DNA of 64,000 bases from an uncultured delta proteobacterium (lineage in GTDB: Bacteria; Myxococcota_A; Polyangia; Polyangiales; Polyangiaceae). A program made the position numbers and the translations under genes. Position 1 is the first letter of the stretch. Each line of letters begins with the position of its first letter. Below, piece by piece: positions 29,082 through 41,807 of the stretch. The notes under the pieces are model-generated. The model saw nothing but the letters and a program-made list of their open reading frames with translations, searched no databases and was not told where the DNA came from. The DNA lies in contig CAWAIF010000003.1 of NCBI GenBank assembly GCA_963782055.1, positions 2,720,001-2,784,000 of the forward strand, given 5' to 3'.

Positions 29082-29696
29082 GTCCCGGTGGCTCGTGTGT
29101 AGTCGTTCCAGGCGTTGACCTGGTCGATGGCGTCGGCGGAGGCGCTGCCGCTCGGCGACAGGACCGAGAAGACGTCGGCGACGATGGGCAGGGCCGTGAG
29201 CGCGACCACCGCGGCGATGACGACGACCGGCCCCAGCTTGCCCCAGTCGCCGCCGCCGCTCCCGCCGTCGTGGGCGCTCCCGCTCGCGTGTCCGCCGCCG
29301 CCGGCGTGCGCTCCCCCGCGGCCGGAGGCGTGACCGCCGCCGAAGCCGCCGCCGCCGCCGTGGACGGCGTGGGGGTGCGGCCAGCCGGACGTCCCCGCGT
29401 GGACCACGATGATGGGCCGCACGATCACCAGGTTCGCCTCCCAGAGGGTGGGCGAGCCTCGCCAGCGCGGGGGAGGGGGTGCGTCCTCCTGCAGCGCGGC
29501 CTCCAGGCACGCCTCGCTCGGCGCGCTCAGCTTCATCACGACGTCCGTCCCCTCCAGCACCGCCCGCGCGCGCCCGTCTGCCGGCGGCACGTAGGTCGAG
29601 TGGTAGGACGCGCACCCCGCCGCCGCGACGGCGAGGAGGAGGAGGAAGGCGCGTGCCGCCCCGGGGATCCCCTCCCGAGAGGGACGTGGATTTCAT
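29063..29696 (-). CDS. Lipoprotein, probably frameshifted near the start
   Basis: FLLLLAVAAAGC is in frame with 29063-29590; ATG at 29696 is in another frame; C-terminal DAIDQVNAWND resembles the neighbour's EAIDSMNAFND. Confidence 0.55.
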
Positions 29697-29706
29697 CAGC
29701 GCCCTC

Positions 29707-31740
29707 TCAGTTCCCCATCATCTGCTTCATCATCTGGCCCATGCCGTCGCCGCCGTCGTCGCCGCCGCCGCCCCCCATGAGCTGCTGGAGCAGCTTGCTC
29801 GGGTCCACGTTGTCGCCGTCGCCCGAGAGCATCTTCATGAGCTGCTTCATCGGGTCGCCGCCGGCCGGGCCGCCGAAGGGGAGTCCCCCGCCCCCGCCGC
29901 CGCCCTTGTGGTGCTTCACCTTCTTGCCCGCCGCCGTGGCCACCAGGTCCCCGAAGCTCGACTTCCCGAGGTCATCGTCGCCGTGCTTCTGGTCCAGCCA
30001 GCGCGTCGCGAGCGCGTTCACCTTCGGGCCCTTCTTGCCCGCGAGGGCCGCGGCGCTCGCGACGAAGGCGTGGGAGGGCGCCATCGCCAGGTAGTAGACC
30101 TTCACGTACGCCTGCAGCGCCTGGAAGAAGAGCTTGTCGCCGAGGAGCTTGCGAAGCCTCACGTAGAAGTAGGGCGCCTTGCCGTAGACGAGCCCGCCGT
30201 AGACGATCTGCGATTGCTTGCCCGCCGGCGCGTCCGCCACGCCGTCCGGCTCGCCCACCATGCGCATCAGCTCGTAGCCCATGCGGACGTTCATGTCCCC
30301 CTCGCGCTGCGCCCGCTCCTTGCCGTAGCGGTCCTCCAGGTAGAGCATCGCGCTGAACTGGGCGAGCGCCTCGTCCTGCCACGGGTGGCGGCGGGAGTCG
30401 CTCCCCACCGCGCCGTGCCACCACATGTGCGCCACCTCGTGGGCGGTGGTGAACTCGGTGGCGCTCGCCTTCATCGGGCTGTTGGAGCCACCGGCGCCGA
30501 GCAGGCCGCCGAGCAGGGCCTCCATCCCCCCGCCGCCGCCGGAGGCGCTGCCAGAGGGCTTGTAGAACATGCTCGCCACCGTCGCGAGGCCGGCGAACTC
30601 CACGCCGCCCGCGCCGCCGACCAGCGCCTCCTCCACCATCTCCAGCTCGCGGTAAGGGTACTTACCGAAGCGCTTCTGGAAGTCCTTCAGCGCCCACGCC
30701 GCCACGTCCAGCACCTTCGCGCCCGTCTCCGCGTCGCTCTTGCGGTAGTACGAGCGCACCTTGACGCCGTCCACGTCGCGTTCGCTGCTGGTGAACTCGC
30801 TGCTCGTCAAAAGGGCGAAGTCGCGCATCGCGCCGGCCACGAAGTCGATCTTCTTGGTGCCCCCGGTGACCTCTTCGTGCGCGCGCACCCCGCTCGCCGC
30901 GACGACGTAGTCCGCCGGCACCTCGACGTGCATGCGCACGTGGGACAGGGCGTCGGGGCCGATGTCGCCCACCGTGCTCTCGTCCAGGTCCCACTGGCCA
31001 CCGTGGAAGCGGGCCACCACCGGGTAGAAGTTGCCGAAGGAGAGGATGTCGTCGCCCGTGGCGAGCAGGCCGTAGTCGCCGTTGTCGTCGTGCGCGGTCT
31101 CCCCGGTGTTGGGCATCATCGTCTTGAGCGAGCCCATGGCGGCGGCCATCATCGTCGTCTTGCTCGCGTCGATCTTGCGAAGCTTGCCCTCGACGTGCAG
31201 CACGATCCGCAGGCGCCCCTCCTGCAGCAGCGGCTTCTTCAGGTGCACCACGATCGCGTCGCGCCCCAGCGTCTCCACGGTGCATGCAGTCTGCACGCAA
31301 TGCCCGCCGCGCAGCGTCTCCGCGGTGTCGTGCCCGGGCGGGGTGTTGGCGTACATGCGCATCATCACGTCGGAGAGGGGCGTGTTGGTGCGGTTCTGGA
31401 AGTAGACGCGCTCGTCCAGGTGGAACGTGCTCTCGGCGGGGTCCACGGTCATGCGCAGGTCGTAGAGGGGGATGGCGTCCAGCGGCTCGCCCGTCGCCTC
31501 CACGTCCGGGATGACCTCCGGGCGGAGGGCGGCGAGCTGGGCCTTCGGGTCGTACCAGGCGGGCATCGCCGCGTCGGCGGCGGCCTCGGAGGCGGTGATG
31601 GGCAGGGGGTGCGAGGAGCCCTCGCCCGTCCTGTCCGGGCTCTTGCCGTCGATGGGGGCCTCGGCGACGAGGGCCGGCTTCCCGCCCCCACCGCAGCCGG
31701 CGACCACCGCGAAAAGCCCCAGGATTCGAAGCACGCGCAT
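29707..31740 (-). CDS. M1-family zinc aminopeptidase lipoprotein
   Basis: VAGC lipobox; GGVEF, HEVAH-x18-E. Confidence 0.9.
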   Translation of the reverse strand: MRVLRILGLFAVVAGCGGGGKPALVAEAPIDGKSPDRTGEGSSHPLPITASEAAADAAMPAWYDPKAQLAALRPEVIPDVEATGEPLDAIPLYDLRMTVDPAESTFHLDERVYFQNRTNTPLSDVMMRMYANTPPGHDTAETLRGGHCVQTACTVETLGRDAIVVHLKKPLLQEGRLRIVLHVEGKLRKIDASKTTMMAAAMGSLKTMMPNTGETAHDDNGDYGLLATGDDILSFGNFYPVVARFHGGQWDLDESTVGDIGPDALSHVRMHVEVPADYVVAASGVRAHEEVTGGTKKIDFVAGAMRDFALLTSSEFTSSERDVDGVKVRSYYRKSDAETGAKVLDVAAWALKDFQKRFGKYPYRELEMVEEALVGGAGGVEFAGLATVASMFYKPSGSASGGGGGMEALLGGLLGAGGSNSPMKASATEFTTAHEVAHMWWHGAVGSDSRRHPWQDEALAQFSAMLYLEDRYGKERAQREGDMNVRMGYELMRMVGEPDGVADAPAGKQSQIVYGGLVYGKAPYFYVRLRKLLGDKLFFQALQAYVKVYYLAMAPSHAFVASAAALAGKKGPKVNALATRWLDQKHGDDDLGKSSFGDLVATAAGKKVKHHKGGGGGGGLPFGGPAGGDPMKQLMKMLSGDGDNVDPSKLLQQLMGGGGGDDGGDGMGQMMKQMMGN

Positions 31741-31818
31741 GACACGAGTTGTAGCACCCCCTGGCCCTGTAAGGTCCGGCCGCGGCCCCCGTTCTTCAGG
31801 CAAACGGAGGGTCTGGTC

Positions 31819-32739
31819 ATGCGAAGCAAGTGGCTGTGGGTTTTGGGGATTCTGGTTGCCATGTCCGGCTGCGGCGGCGGTGGGAGCTACGGCTACTCCG
31901 CGGCGAAATCGGCCTCGCCGGCCAGCTACGAGCCGGGCGGATACGCCGGAGCGGCGGCCCCCGCCGCGGACGCGCGGGGCTACGGCGGGTCCTCCTCGGC
32001 GCCTCGCACCGCGTCGGCCGAGCCCATGGGCAACGGCGGGGGCGCGCCCCTGGGCCAGGAGTCGCAGCCGCGGGACGTGGAGCGACCGGGCCTGGGCACC
32101 GGCTGGGGTGAGACACGCGAGTCGCGCGTCCACGAGGTCGCCTTCCTGCGCGACAGCAACCAGCCCTTCGCGGTCGCCACGCTCCACTACAACAACCTCG
32201 CCGGCGTCCGCGCCCTGGCGGCCTTCCACGCCGACCAGGTGGGCCACTGGACGGAGGTCCCCGCCGGCGGCGGCGCCATCACGGTCTCCATCCGTGACGA
32301 GAACGGCGACGCGCTCAACGCCCTGAAGGTCAACGACCGCACCTACGTCATCGGCCGCGATGGCCAGCGCTACACCATCACGGTGACCAACCACACCAAC
32401 CACCGCTTCGAGACGGTGGCGAGCGTGGACGGCCTGGACGTCATCAACGGCCAGCCCGCCGCGATGGACAACCGCGGCTACCTGCTGATGCCCTTCGCCA
32501 CGCTGCAGATCGACGGCTTCCGCCGGAGCCAGGACGCGGTGGCGGCCTTCCGCTTCTCGCACACCAGCGAGTCGTACGCCGCGCAGACGAGCGGCGACCG
32601 CAACGTGGGCGTCATCGGCGTGGCGTTCTTCGCCGAGCGCGGCGACTCCTTCACGCCCTGGACCGACGGCGAGCTGCGGGAGCGCGACACCGCGAGCCCC
32701 TTCCCGAACGATCCGAGGTTCGCGCAGCCGCCCCGCTGA
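31819..32739 (+). CDS. Conserved hypothetical lipoprotein
   Basis: GGAGG RBS; MSGC lipobox; GQRYTITVTN...SVDGLDVI...IDGFR...AAFRF domain. Confidence 0.85.
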   Translation: MRSKWLWVLGILVAMSGCGGGGSYGYSAAKSASPASYEPGGYAGAAAPAADARGYGGSSSAPRTASAEPMGNGGGAPLGQESQPRDVERPGLGTGWGETRESRVHEVAFLRDSNQPFAVATLHYNNLAGVRALAAFHADQVGHWTEVPAGGGAITVSIRDENGDALNALKVNDRTYVIGRDGQRYTITVTNHTNHRFETVASVDGLDVINGQPAAMDNRGYLLMPFATLQIDGFRRSQDAVAAFRFSHTSESYAAQTSGDRNVGVIGVAFFAERGDSFTPWTDGELRERDTASPFPNDPRFAQPPR

Positions 32740-32800
32740 GACGAGCCGCACGCGGGCGTCGATGGACCTCAGAGGGGCGGCGCGTGCCTCCCCTCCCAGG

Positions 32801-34573
32801 TCAGTGCGGCGTGGGGGGCACGACCACCGTGTTGATCGGCTTCACGCTCGCGCCGGCCGGGTACGCGTAGCTCGACGCGCTGTCGTAACCCCACACCGTG
32901 ATGCCGAAGGGCACGTCGCTCTTCGCCGTGTGGAGGCCGTTGTCGCACTTGCCGACGCCGGACCCCGCCTTCGCCAGATCGACGTGCACGTACTCGTACT
33001 GCCCCGACGTGCCGACGGGCTGCCAGCCGGTGACCTTGCCCACGCAGTCGACCGTCACGTCGTGGAAGGTGTTGTCGCCCGCCTTCTTCCTGGTGATGGC
33101 GATCTCGCTGTAGCCGTACGTCGGGTCGGTGAAGAAGATGTACGACGGCAGGTACTGCGCGGGCGGCACGACGTTCACCGTCTCCGGCCCGCCGACGTTG
33201 TAATAAGTCGACTCGTTGCCCACGGCCACGTACTCGTTCCCCAGCGCCTTGACGGGCGGGATCTGCTGGTGGGCCGAGTCGCAGTCGTAGGCGGGCCGGT
33301 GCGCGGCCAGATAAAACGGATGGTTGGCGTCCTGTGACTGGACGTGGAACGCGCCGGGCCCGGCGAACTCGACGACCTGCCCTTCGTTCAACGTCGCGGG
33401 CGCGCTCGCGTTCGGCGGATCGTAGGTGAGCTTCGTTCCGTCGACCGTGCCGAGGATGCGCCAGTTCGGTGGGTTGGGCTGCACCTCGCAGACGTGCCCG
33501 CCCCACAGCCCCATGGGCAGGTTGGACTGGATGATGCTGCCGGAGAGGTCGTTGCCCTGGCCGTCGGCGTACTGGACGAAGTGGATCGTCTCGCCCTGGT
33601 TGAGCGTGTAGGTCTGGGGCTGCCCCTTCGTCGCCGCGCTGACGCCCGTGCCGGCCGTGATGTCGACGGTGGGCAGGATCGTGATCTTGGTCCCGTTCTG
33701 CGCAGCGACGAGGTTGAGCGTGGTCTGGTGGGTCGCGTCGTCGGACATCGTGGTCGCCACGTAGTTGACGTCCCAGGCGGTCGTCGGCAAGAGGAGCGTC
33801 GCGCTCGAGATGTACGAATGGGCGCCGCCGAACGGGTAGATGTCGTAGACGACGGCCGGCACGCTCGTCTTGATCTCGATCGCGTGGGAGACGGAGGTCG
33901 AGTGGGTGACCATGTCCTCCGTGGTGACCGCGGCCGTCGTGCCCGCGGGGCAGGGCGTGTACTCCGAGAAATTGGAGTCGCCCCCGCCCGGGTAGTCGTT
34001 GAGGAAGACGATGGCCATGCTGTTCGGCGGGATGCCGCTGGAGGGGACCTTCGTGTACTTGACGGAGGAGCCGGAGCCCGATGGCGTGAACGCGTGGTCG
34101 TTGCCGTTGATCGTCTTGCCCTTGTAGACGAGGGTGACGTTCATGTCGGAGGACCAGTTGTTGGTCACGAACGCGGCGAAGCAGCTGCCCGGCGTGCCGT
34201 CGCTGCCCATCGCCTGGTTCCAGCCGTCGGAGGGTATCGAGTAGTAGTCGCAGCCGACGGAGCTCTTGTTCTGCGCGGCGGCGTCGCACGCGGCGATGCA
34301 GCCCCCCTGCCCGCAGCCCGTGTTGCCGGTGCAGGTCTGGACGACGGTCGGATTGTCGCCGCACGTGAGCACCTCGTGCAGGTCCGCCGAGCACTGCACG
34401 CACGTGGGCGCGTCCGAGCTGGCGTCGGGGAATGCGATGTCGACGTCGTCCCCCGTCCCGTCGACCGAGGCGTCGCCGCCGCCGTCGTCGGAGAACCGGT
34501 TGTCGGTGGAGTCGCCGCATCCGACGAGGGCCGCGATGGCGAGAAGAGTGGTGACCAGGGATAGACGCCGCAT
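32801..34573 (-). CDS. IgGFc-binding domain lipoprotein
   Basis: SSVGCDYY, SSATLLLPTTAWD, FGITVWG...SYAYPAG. Confidence 0.85.
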   Translation of the reverse strand: MRRLSLVTTLLAIAALVGCGDSTDNRFSDDGGGDASVDGTGDDVDIAFPDASSDAPTCVQCSADLHEVLTCGDNPTVVQTCTGNTGCGQGGCIAACDAAAQNKSSVGCDYYSIPSDGWNQAMGSDGTPGSCFAAFVTNNWSSDMNVTLVYKGKTINGNDHAFTPSGSGSSVKYTKVPSSGIPPNSMAIVFLNDYPGGGDSNFSEYTPCPAGTTAAVTTEDMVTHSTSVSHAIEIKTSVPAVVYDIYPFGGAHSYISSATLLLPTTAWDVNYVATTMSDDATHQTTLNLVAAQNGTKITILPTVDITAGTGVSAATKGQPQTYTLNQGETIHFVQYADGQGNDLSGSIIQSNLPMGLWGGHVCEVQPNPPNWRILGTVDGTKLTYDPPNASAPATLNEGQVVEFAGPGAFHVQSQDANHPFYLAAHRPAYDCDSAHQQIPPVKALGNEYVAVGNESTYYNVGGPETVNVVPPAQYLPSYIFFTDPTYGYSEIAITRKKAGDNTFHDVTVDCVGKVTGWQPVGTSGQYEYVHVDLAKAGSGVGKCDNGLHTAKSDVPFGITVWGYDSASSYAYPAGASVKPINTVVVPPTPH

Positions 34574-34726
34574 GGGCCTCATCGTGTCATCGCATGAGCC
34601 TCGCCGCACGGATTTTGCGCGTGCTCGACGCGTCGCGCCACGCGCCCGCCGGACCTCCTGGGGCGGCGTTTCCCGGTCGGCAGACCCGACCCGAAGGACG
34701 CGGTCCGGTTGGCCGCCCGTCCTGAT

Positions 34727-35677
34727 ATGCTCGCCGCAGTGCGCTCGCTCGCCGTGCTCCTCGTCGTCTCCCTGTCCGCCCTCCCACCTCTGCTCGCGTG
34801 CGGCGGCGACGACGCCCAGGGGCAGCCGGACGCCTCCGAAGACGCGACCGCCGACATCACCGGCGATCTGGACGCCGGCGTCGACGAGCCGGACGCTGAC
34901 CTCGGGCCCGAGCCGGTCATCTGGGCCAACAGCACCACCACCCTGTATCGCTTCGACCCCCTCGCGCACGTCCTCTCCAAGGTCGCCGACTTCGACTGCA
35001 ACGGCGAGCCCATGCTCGACATCGCCGTCAACTCGAAGCAGGAGCTGTACGGCGTCACGAGCGAGACCCTGGTCAAGATCGACGAGAAGACGGCCCTCTG
35101 TTACCCGATCGCCAAGGGCAACTACCCGCCGACGCTCGCCTTCTTGCCCGCCGGCACGCTCGACCCCAACGAGGAGGCCCTCGTCGGCTACAAGCTCGCC
35201 CAGTACGTCCGCATCGACCCGCAGACGGGCGCGACCTCCTTCGTCGGCTCGATGAACCCCAACGACGCGGGCGGCTACTACGAGATCTCCGGCGACGTCG
35301 TCTCCATCGCCGGCGGCGACACCTACCTCACCGCGGTCGGCTTCAACCCCACCAACGGCGATGGCCTCACGGTGGTGGATCCCGCCACCGGCAAGCCCAC
35401 CAAGTTCCTCGGCTTCGCCGGCAAGCCGGGGCTCCTCGGCCTCGCGCAGTGGGCGGGCGTCCTGTACGCCTTCAGCGCGGCCGGTCACGTCTACCGCGTC
35501 AAGCTCCCGCCCGATGGCGGGCAGCCGCAGGTGTTCCTCTTCGACCTGGACGCCGGCCTCCCGCCGGACGACGCCTCCGTCCCCCTCGACGCTGCAGTCG
35601 ACGGCGACGCCGCGCCGGAGCCCTTCCGCCCGTCCTTCCACGGCGCCGCCGTCACCACCCGCGCCCCCGCCCATTGA
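34727..35677 (+). CDS. Lipoprotein, beta-propeller-like
   Basis: LLAC lipobox; TLYRFDP, MLDIAV, SGDVVS. Confidence 0.8.
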   Translation: MLAAVRSLAVLLVVSLSALPPLLACGGDDAQGQPDASEDATADITGDLDAGVDEPDADLGPEPVIWANSTTTLYRFDPLAHVLSKVADFDCNGEPMLDIAVNSKQELYGVTSETLVKIDEKTALCYPIAKGNYPPTLAFLPAGTLDPNEEALVGYKLAQYVRIDPQTGATSFVGSMNPNDAGGYYEISGDVVSIAGGDTYLTAVGFNPTNGDGLTVVDPATGKPTKFLGFAGKPGLLGLAQWAGVLYAFSAAGHVYRVKLPPDGGQPQVFLFDLDAGLPPDDASVPLDAAVDGDAAPEPFRPSFHGAAVTTRAPAH

Positions 35678-35713
35678 GGGCGCACGCGACGCTCCGCGAG
35701 CGCGGGCGAGGCG

Positions 35714-36994
35714 TCACTTCAGCCAGACGTTCGCGCCCCAGTGGTGCTCGTGGCCGTTGCCCTTCGAGACAAGCTCGTAGGTCGCGTAGCCGTAGGTGGG
35801 CTTCGCGTTCAGGGTGATCTGCAGGTGCGCCGGCGTGCCGTCGTTGACCGTCGTCGTGTCGAGCTGGAAGGAGAGCACATCCGCCTTGTCGCCGTAGCGC
35901 TTGCTCGTCTCGTTGACGGCCAGCGACCAGTCGCCGGTCTTGCCGTCGGCGAAGGGCTGCAGGTCGATCGTCGCCGTCTCCCCGACGGCCAGATACAGGT
36001 TCTGCTTCCCCGTCCCCGGCGCCACGTTGAAGTACGGGTCGGTCGGCGCCGTCACGCACGGGTCGTGGCCGCCCAGCGCGGAGACGTTGGACCAGCCGCG
36101 CTGCACGTTGTGGCCGCCGGCGTCGGTGCCGTCGAAGCCCCAGGGGTGATCGCAGAGATCGCCCACCTCGTCGCCGTACCACTGCCACGAGGTGTCCTGC
36201 ATGACGTAGCCCCGGTCCTTGCCGGGGTGCGCGTCGGTCGCGGCCTCGATCAGCTCGTGGCTGGCGGCGAAGAAGAGGTAGCTCGTGTAGTTGCAGCGCG
36301 GCTCGACCGCGTACGCGCCCTCCTGCGTGCCGGCGTCGCCGAGGTCGAAGGTGGCGGAGTAGTGGTACGCCCCGTAGTTCTGGCAGCTCTTCGACCCATC
36401 GAAGCTGATGGTCGTCGAGGATGGGAAGTAGAGCATGTAGATGGTCTGATCGTCCGGCGGGGGGAGGTCGCCGCTGGTGATGTGCTTCTGGATGAAGTCC
36501 ACCACCGTCGAGCCCTTGCCGCTGTCGGTGTCGACGAGGCTGGTGGGGGCTGCCTCGTTGAGCACCACGTGCCCGCCGCCGGAGCCCGGGCCGATGCACG
36601 GGCCACCCTGCGGCTGGACGCAGTACTCCGCCGTCGCGTCGGTCCACCACTGCGTCTGCGTGACGCCGTCGTCGAAGTCCTGCACGTTCTTCACGACCGT
36701 CGCGTCGTCGCCAGCGAAGGTGACGGTGATGATCTTGGCGGAGGTGAGCAGCGCGCCGCCCATGTAGTCGACGGTCGCCATGCGCGCGCCGGGCGGGTCC
36801 GGCGCGACGTAGCGGTCCACGCCCACGTCCACCGCCGCGGCCTCGGTGCCGGCGTCGAAGGCGTCCGCCGCGGCGTCGAAGCCGCCGCCCTCCGCAGAGG
36901 CGTCCGGAGTGGAGGCGTCGTCGCCGCTGCCGCACGCCATGAGCAGCGCGGACACGCACACGCCCACGGTCGCCGCCGCCTGAAGCCCGCGCAT
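35714..36994 (-). CDS. Hypothetical lipoprotein
   Basis: LMAC lipobox; GAYH, SHELIEAATD, EVGDLC. Confidence 0.8.
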   Translation of the reverse strand: MRGLQAAATVGVCVSALLMACGSGDDASTPDASAEGGGFDAAADAFDAGTEAAAVDVGVDRYVAPDPPGARMATVDYMGGALLTSAKIITVTFAGDDATVVKNVQDFDDGVTQTQWWTDATAEYCVQPQGGPCIGPGSGGGHVVLNEAAPTSLVDTDSGKGSTVVDFIQKHITSGDLPPPDDQTIYMLYFPSSTTISFDGSKSCQNYGAYHYSATFDLGDAGTQEGAYAVEPRCNYTSYLFFAASHELIEAATDAHPGKDRGYVMQDTSWQWYGDEVGDLCDHPWGFDGTDAGGHNVQRGWSNVSALGGHDPCVTAPTDPYFNVAPGTGKQNLYLAVGETATIDLQPFADGKTGDWSLAVNETSKRYGDKADVLSFQLDTTTVNDGTPAHLQITLNAKPTYGYATYELVSKGNGHEHHWGANVWLK

Positions 36995-37042
36995 CCCATG
37001 ATTGTCGGTGGGTTGTCGTGCTCGGGCAAGGCGAAACGGCCT

Positions 37043-38533
37043 TCACTCGCGCGCGGTCTGCTCCTCCAGCGTCGCGATGGTGACCTTCGGTCCGGCGAAC
37101 TTGCCCTTCACCAGCGTCACGTAGGTGAGCCCGAGCAGCGCGGCCACGCCGACGACCACCTCTCCGTACACCTGGTTGGGCGGCACGGCGAAGGTGGCGA
37201 CGACGAACGCCGAGTACGCGACCGCGAGCCACGCGATTGGCACCCCCGCGCCGCGCAGGTGGAAGGGGCCGCGCCGCTTCCACCGCCCGCGGGTGCGCGC
37301 GACGGCGCCGAGGGCGATGGGCGTCGCGTACGACACGTACAGCGCGGTCGTCGCGAGCGACGACACCGCGTCGAACACCTGGCCGCTCATCACGCGCGTC
37401 GCCGAGACCAGCGCGCAGGGCAGGAGCGTGGCCGCGCCGATGGCCACCACCGGCGTGCGGAAGCGCGCGCTGACGGTGCGCAGGCGCGACGACCACGGCA
37501 GGCCGCCGTCGCGTGAGAAGGCGTAGAAGGTGCGGGAGGCCGCCGTCACCGAGGACAGCCCGCAGAACCACATCGCCGCGATGGCCAGCCCCATCGCCGC
37601 GCTCCCCGCGTGCGGGCCGAGCGCGCCTCGCAGGATGAAGAGCGCCGGCTCGTCGCTCGCCGCCGTCGCCGGCAGGTCCTTGATGGCCAGCGTGAGCGCG
37701 CACACCAGGGCGTAGCCGGCCACCGCGCTCACCAGCACCGCCGAGAGGATCCCCGCGGGCGCGCGGCGCGCCGGGTCGTGCGTCTCCTCGCTCGCGTGGG
37801 CGGAGGCGTCGAAGCCGGTCATCGTCCACATGCCCAGCGTCATCGCGTTGAGGAAGCCGAAGGCGTACAGGCCATCCTCGCGCGTGGTGAAGCCGGTATG
37901 AGCGAGGAAGCCGACGGGCTGTGCCCGGCCCAGCGCGAAGAGCAGCGCCACGAGGATGACCACGCCGGCGACGTGCACCGTGGCGGACAGGTCGTTCAGG
38001 TAGGCGACGAGCCGCACCGAGATGACGTTGACCCCCGCGTGCGACGCGATGACCGCGAAGAAGAGCACCATGTCCCACGGCGCGCCCAGGCCCAGTGTCG
38101 CCGCGAGGGTCTTGGCGCACCCGAGGTCGATGGCGGCGACGATCGCCACCTGTCCGACCAGGTTCATCGAGGCGACGAACCACCCGGCGCCGGGCCCGCC
38201 CAGCAGCGCCGACCAGTGATAGAGCGCGCCGGCCGTCGGGAAGGCGCTCGCGAGCTCCGCCATCGCCAGCGCGACGAGCAGCGTCCCCGCGCACACCAGC
38301 GGCCAGCCGACGCCCAGGCCCGCCGGCCCGCCTCCGTCCAGCGCCACCTTGTAGGTGGTCACCACGCCCGTCAGGATGCTGATGATGGAGAAGCTGAGGG
38401 CGAAGTTGGAGAAGCCGCCCATCCCGCGCAGCAGCTCCTGCGCGTACCCGAGACGACCCAGAGCGCGCGCGTCGGCCTCGTCCCCCGCCTTCCGGCCGCC
38501 CGTCTCCAAGGCGGGGACTATACAATCCTGCAT
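37043..38533 (-). CDS. APC-family amino acid permease
   Basis: LGYAQEL, MAELASAFPTAGALYHW, GFDASAHASEET; about 12 TM. Confidence 0.92.
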   Translation of the reverse strand: MQDCIVPALETGGRKAGDEADARALGRLGYAQELLRGMGGFSNFALSFSIISILTGVVTTYKVALDGGGPAGLGVGWPLVCAGTLLVALAMAELASAFPTAGALYHWSALLGGPGAGWFVASMNLVGQVAIVAAIDLGCAKTLAATLGLGAPWDMVLFFAVIASHAGVNVISVRLVAYLNDLSATVHVAGVVILVALLFALGRAQPVGFLAHTGFTTREDGLYAFGFLNAMTLGMWTMTGFDASAHASEETHDPARRAPAGILSAVLVSAVAGYALVCALTLAIKDLPATAASDEPALFILRGALGPHAGSAAMGLAIAAMWFCGLSSVTAASRTFYAFSRDGGLPWSSRLRTVSARFRTPVVAIGAATLLPCALVSATRVMSGQVFDAVSSLATTALYVSYATPIALGAVARTRGRWKRRGPFHLRGAGVPIAWLAVAYSAFVVATFAVPPNQVYGEVVVGVAALLGLTYVTLVKGKFAGPKVTIATLEEQTARE

Positions 38534-38577
38534 CCCGTCTTGACACCCCCTCGCCGTACCGGTGATGTGTCGCGCGG

Positions 38578-40695
<2,118 letters not shown>

Positions 40696-40702
40696 GGCCG
40701 TG

Positions 40703-41248
40703 GTGAGCGCGCCGGACCGTATCGAGGCGCTCGCCCGCGCGGCCACGGGTGCGGGCTGGCAGGTCGAGCGCCGCGATCCCGCGCGACCACTCGACCTGCC
40801 GGAGGAGATCACGAGGCGGTACCCGGTGCTGTCCCGCGGTCAGCAGGAGCTCCTCCGCCGGATCGCGCGCGCCACCAGCGCCGACGAGGCGGTGTGGTTC
40901 GTGTGCGAGGACGACTTCCGCCGCGACGACCCCGAGGGCTTCGCCTGGAACGAGATCGAACGGATGGAGCTGGAGAGCGCCGCCTCCGCGAGCGAGCGGC
41001 GCGCGATCGTTCGCTTCTGGGACCGGCACGTGCCCGTCATGATGGCGCCCGACGGCGACTACGACTACCTGGCCATCGCCCTCGACAGCGGGGCGGTGGT
41101 GCACGGGTGCGCCCCCGACTGGGAGGACGTCGTCGTCGTCGCCGGCGCCCTCGACGACTGGCTCGCCATGCTCTCCCGGGCGCTGCGCGATCCGCGGCCC
41201 CGCCGGGGGGATCCGCTCGCCCTCCGGCTGATGGCTCGCCGTGGCTGA
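40703..41248 (+). CDS. SMI1/KNR4-like protein
   Basis: WNEIE...FWDRHVPV...DGDYDYLAI...GAVVHG. Confidence 0.65.
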   Translation: MSAPDRIEALARAATGAGWQVERRDPARPLDLPEEITRRYPVLSRGQQELLRRIARATSADEAVWFVCEDDFRRDDPEGFAWNEIERMELESAASASERRAIVRFWDRHVPVMMAPDGDYDYLAIALDSGAVVHGCAPDWEDVVVVAGALDDWLAMLSRALRDPRPRRGDPLALRLMARRG

Positions 41249-41283
41249 TTGTTTGGGACGCGCGGGCGGGCAGGCCGGAGTCG

Positions 41284-41730
41284 CTACGCGCGGCCGAAGA
41301 GGGCCTTCACGCTCGGGCGCTGGAGCACCATGATCGTCCAGATGCCCAGGCCGGTCCCCAGCGGCACGCTCAGGCACGCGAAGCACGACATGGCGAAGGC
41401 GAGGCCGTAGCGCGTCCGCTTCTTCAGGCCCGCGGCCGCGAGCAGGTGCAGGATGAAGAGCGGGATGAAGGCGATGCCCATGACGATGCCCACCACGCCC
41501 ATCACGCCGGCCGCCATCGCCTGGTTCTCCGCGGCGTGCGGAGGCGCGTGCGACCCCGTCGGCGCGTTCGCGACGAACGCCGCGATCATGATGAAGTACC
41601 CGGTGAGGCCGATCCCCGAGCAGCCCAGCATGGCCGACCAGACGTAGTGCAGGATGCTCAGCAGGTTGAGGTCGCTCTCGTCCTTGGCACGCGTGGCCGC
41701 CGGGTCCGGCTGGTACGGGTATGCGTTCAT
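41284..41730 (-). CDS. Membrane protein
   Basis: LNLLSILHYV...CLSVPLGTGLGIWTIMVLQRPSVK. Confidence 0.8.
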   Translation of the reverse strand: MNAYPYQPDPAATRAKDESDLNLLSILHYVWSAMLGCSGIGLTGYFIMIAAFVANAPTGSHAPPHAAENQAMAAGVMGVVGIVMGIAFIPLFILHLLAAAGLKKRTRYGLAFAMSCFACLSVPLGTGLGIWTIMVLQRPSVKALFGRA

Positions 41731-41807
41731 GGCTGGAGCATACAGCGACTCCGGCGAGTCACGACAAACTCGTGGCCCCCGCCCTCGCGCGACCGGAGAG
41801 GCCGCCG

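Noticed and set aside
29641..29685. GC palindrome similar to 32771-32800 as a REP family
   Set aside because: Only two loose copies, one overlapping coding sequence; insufficient support.
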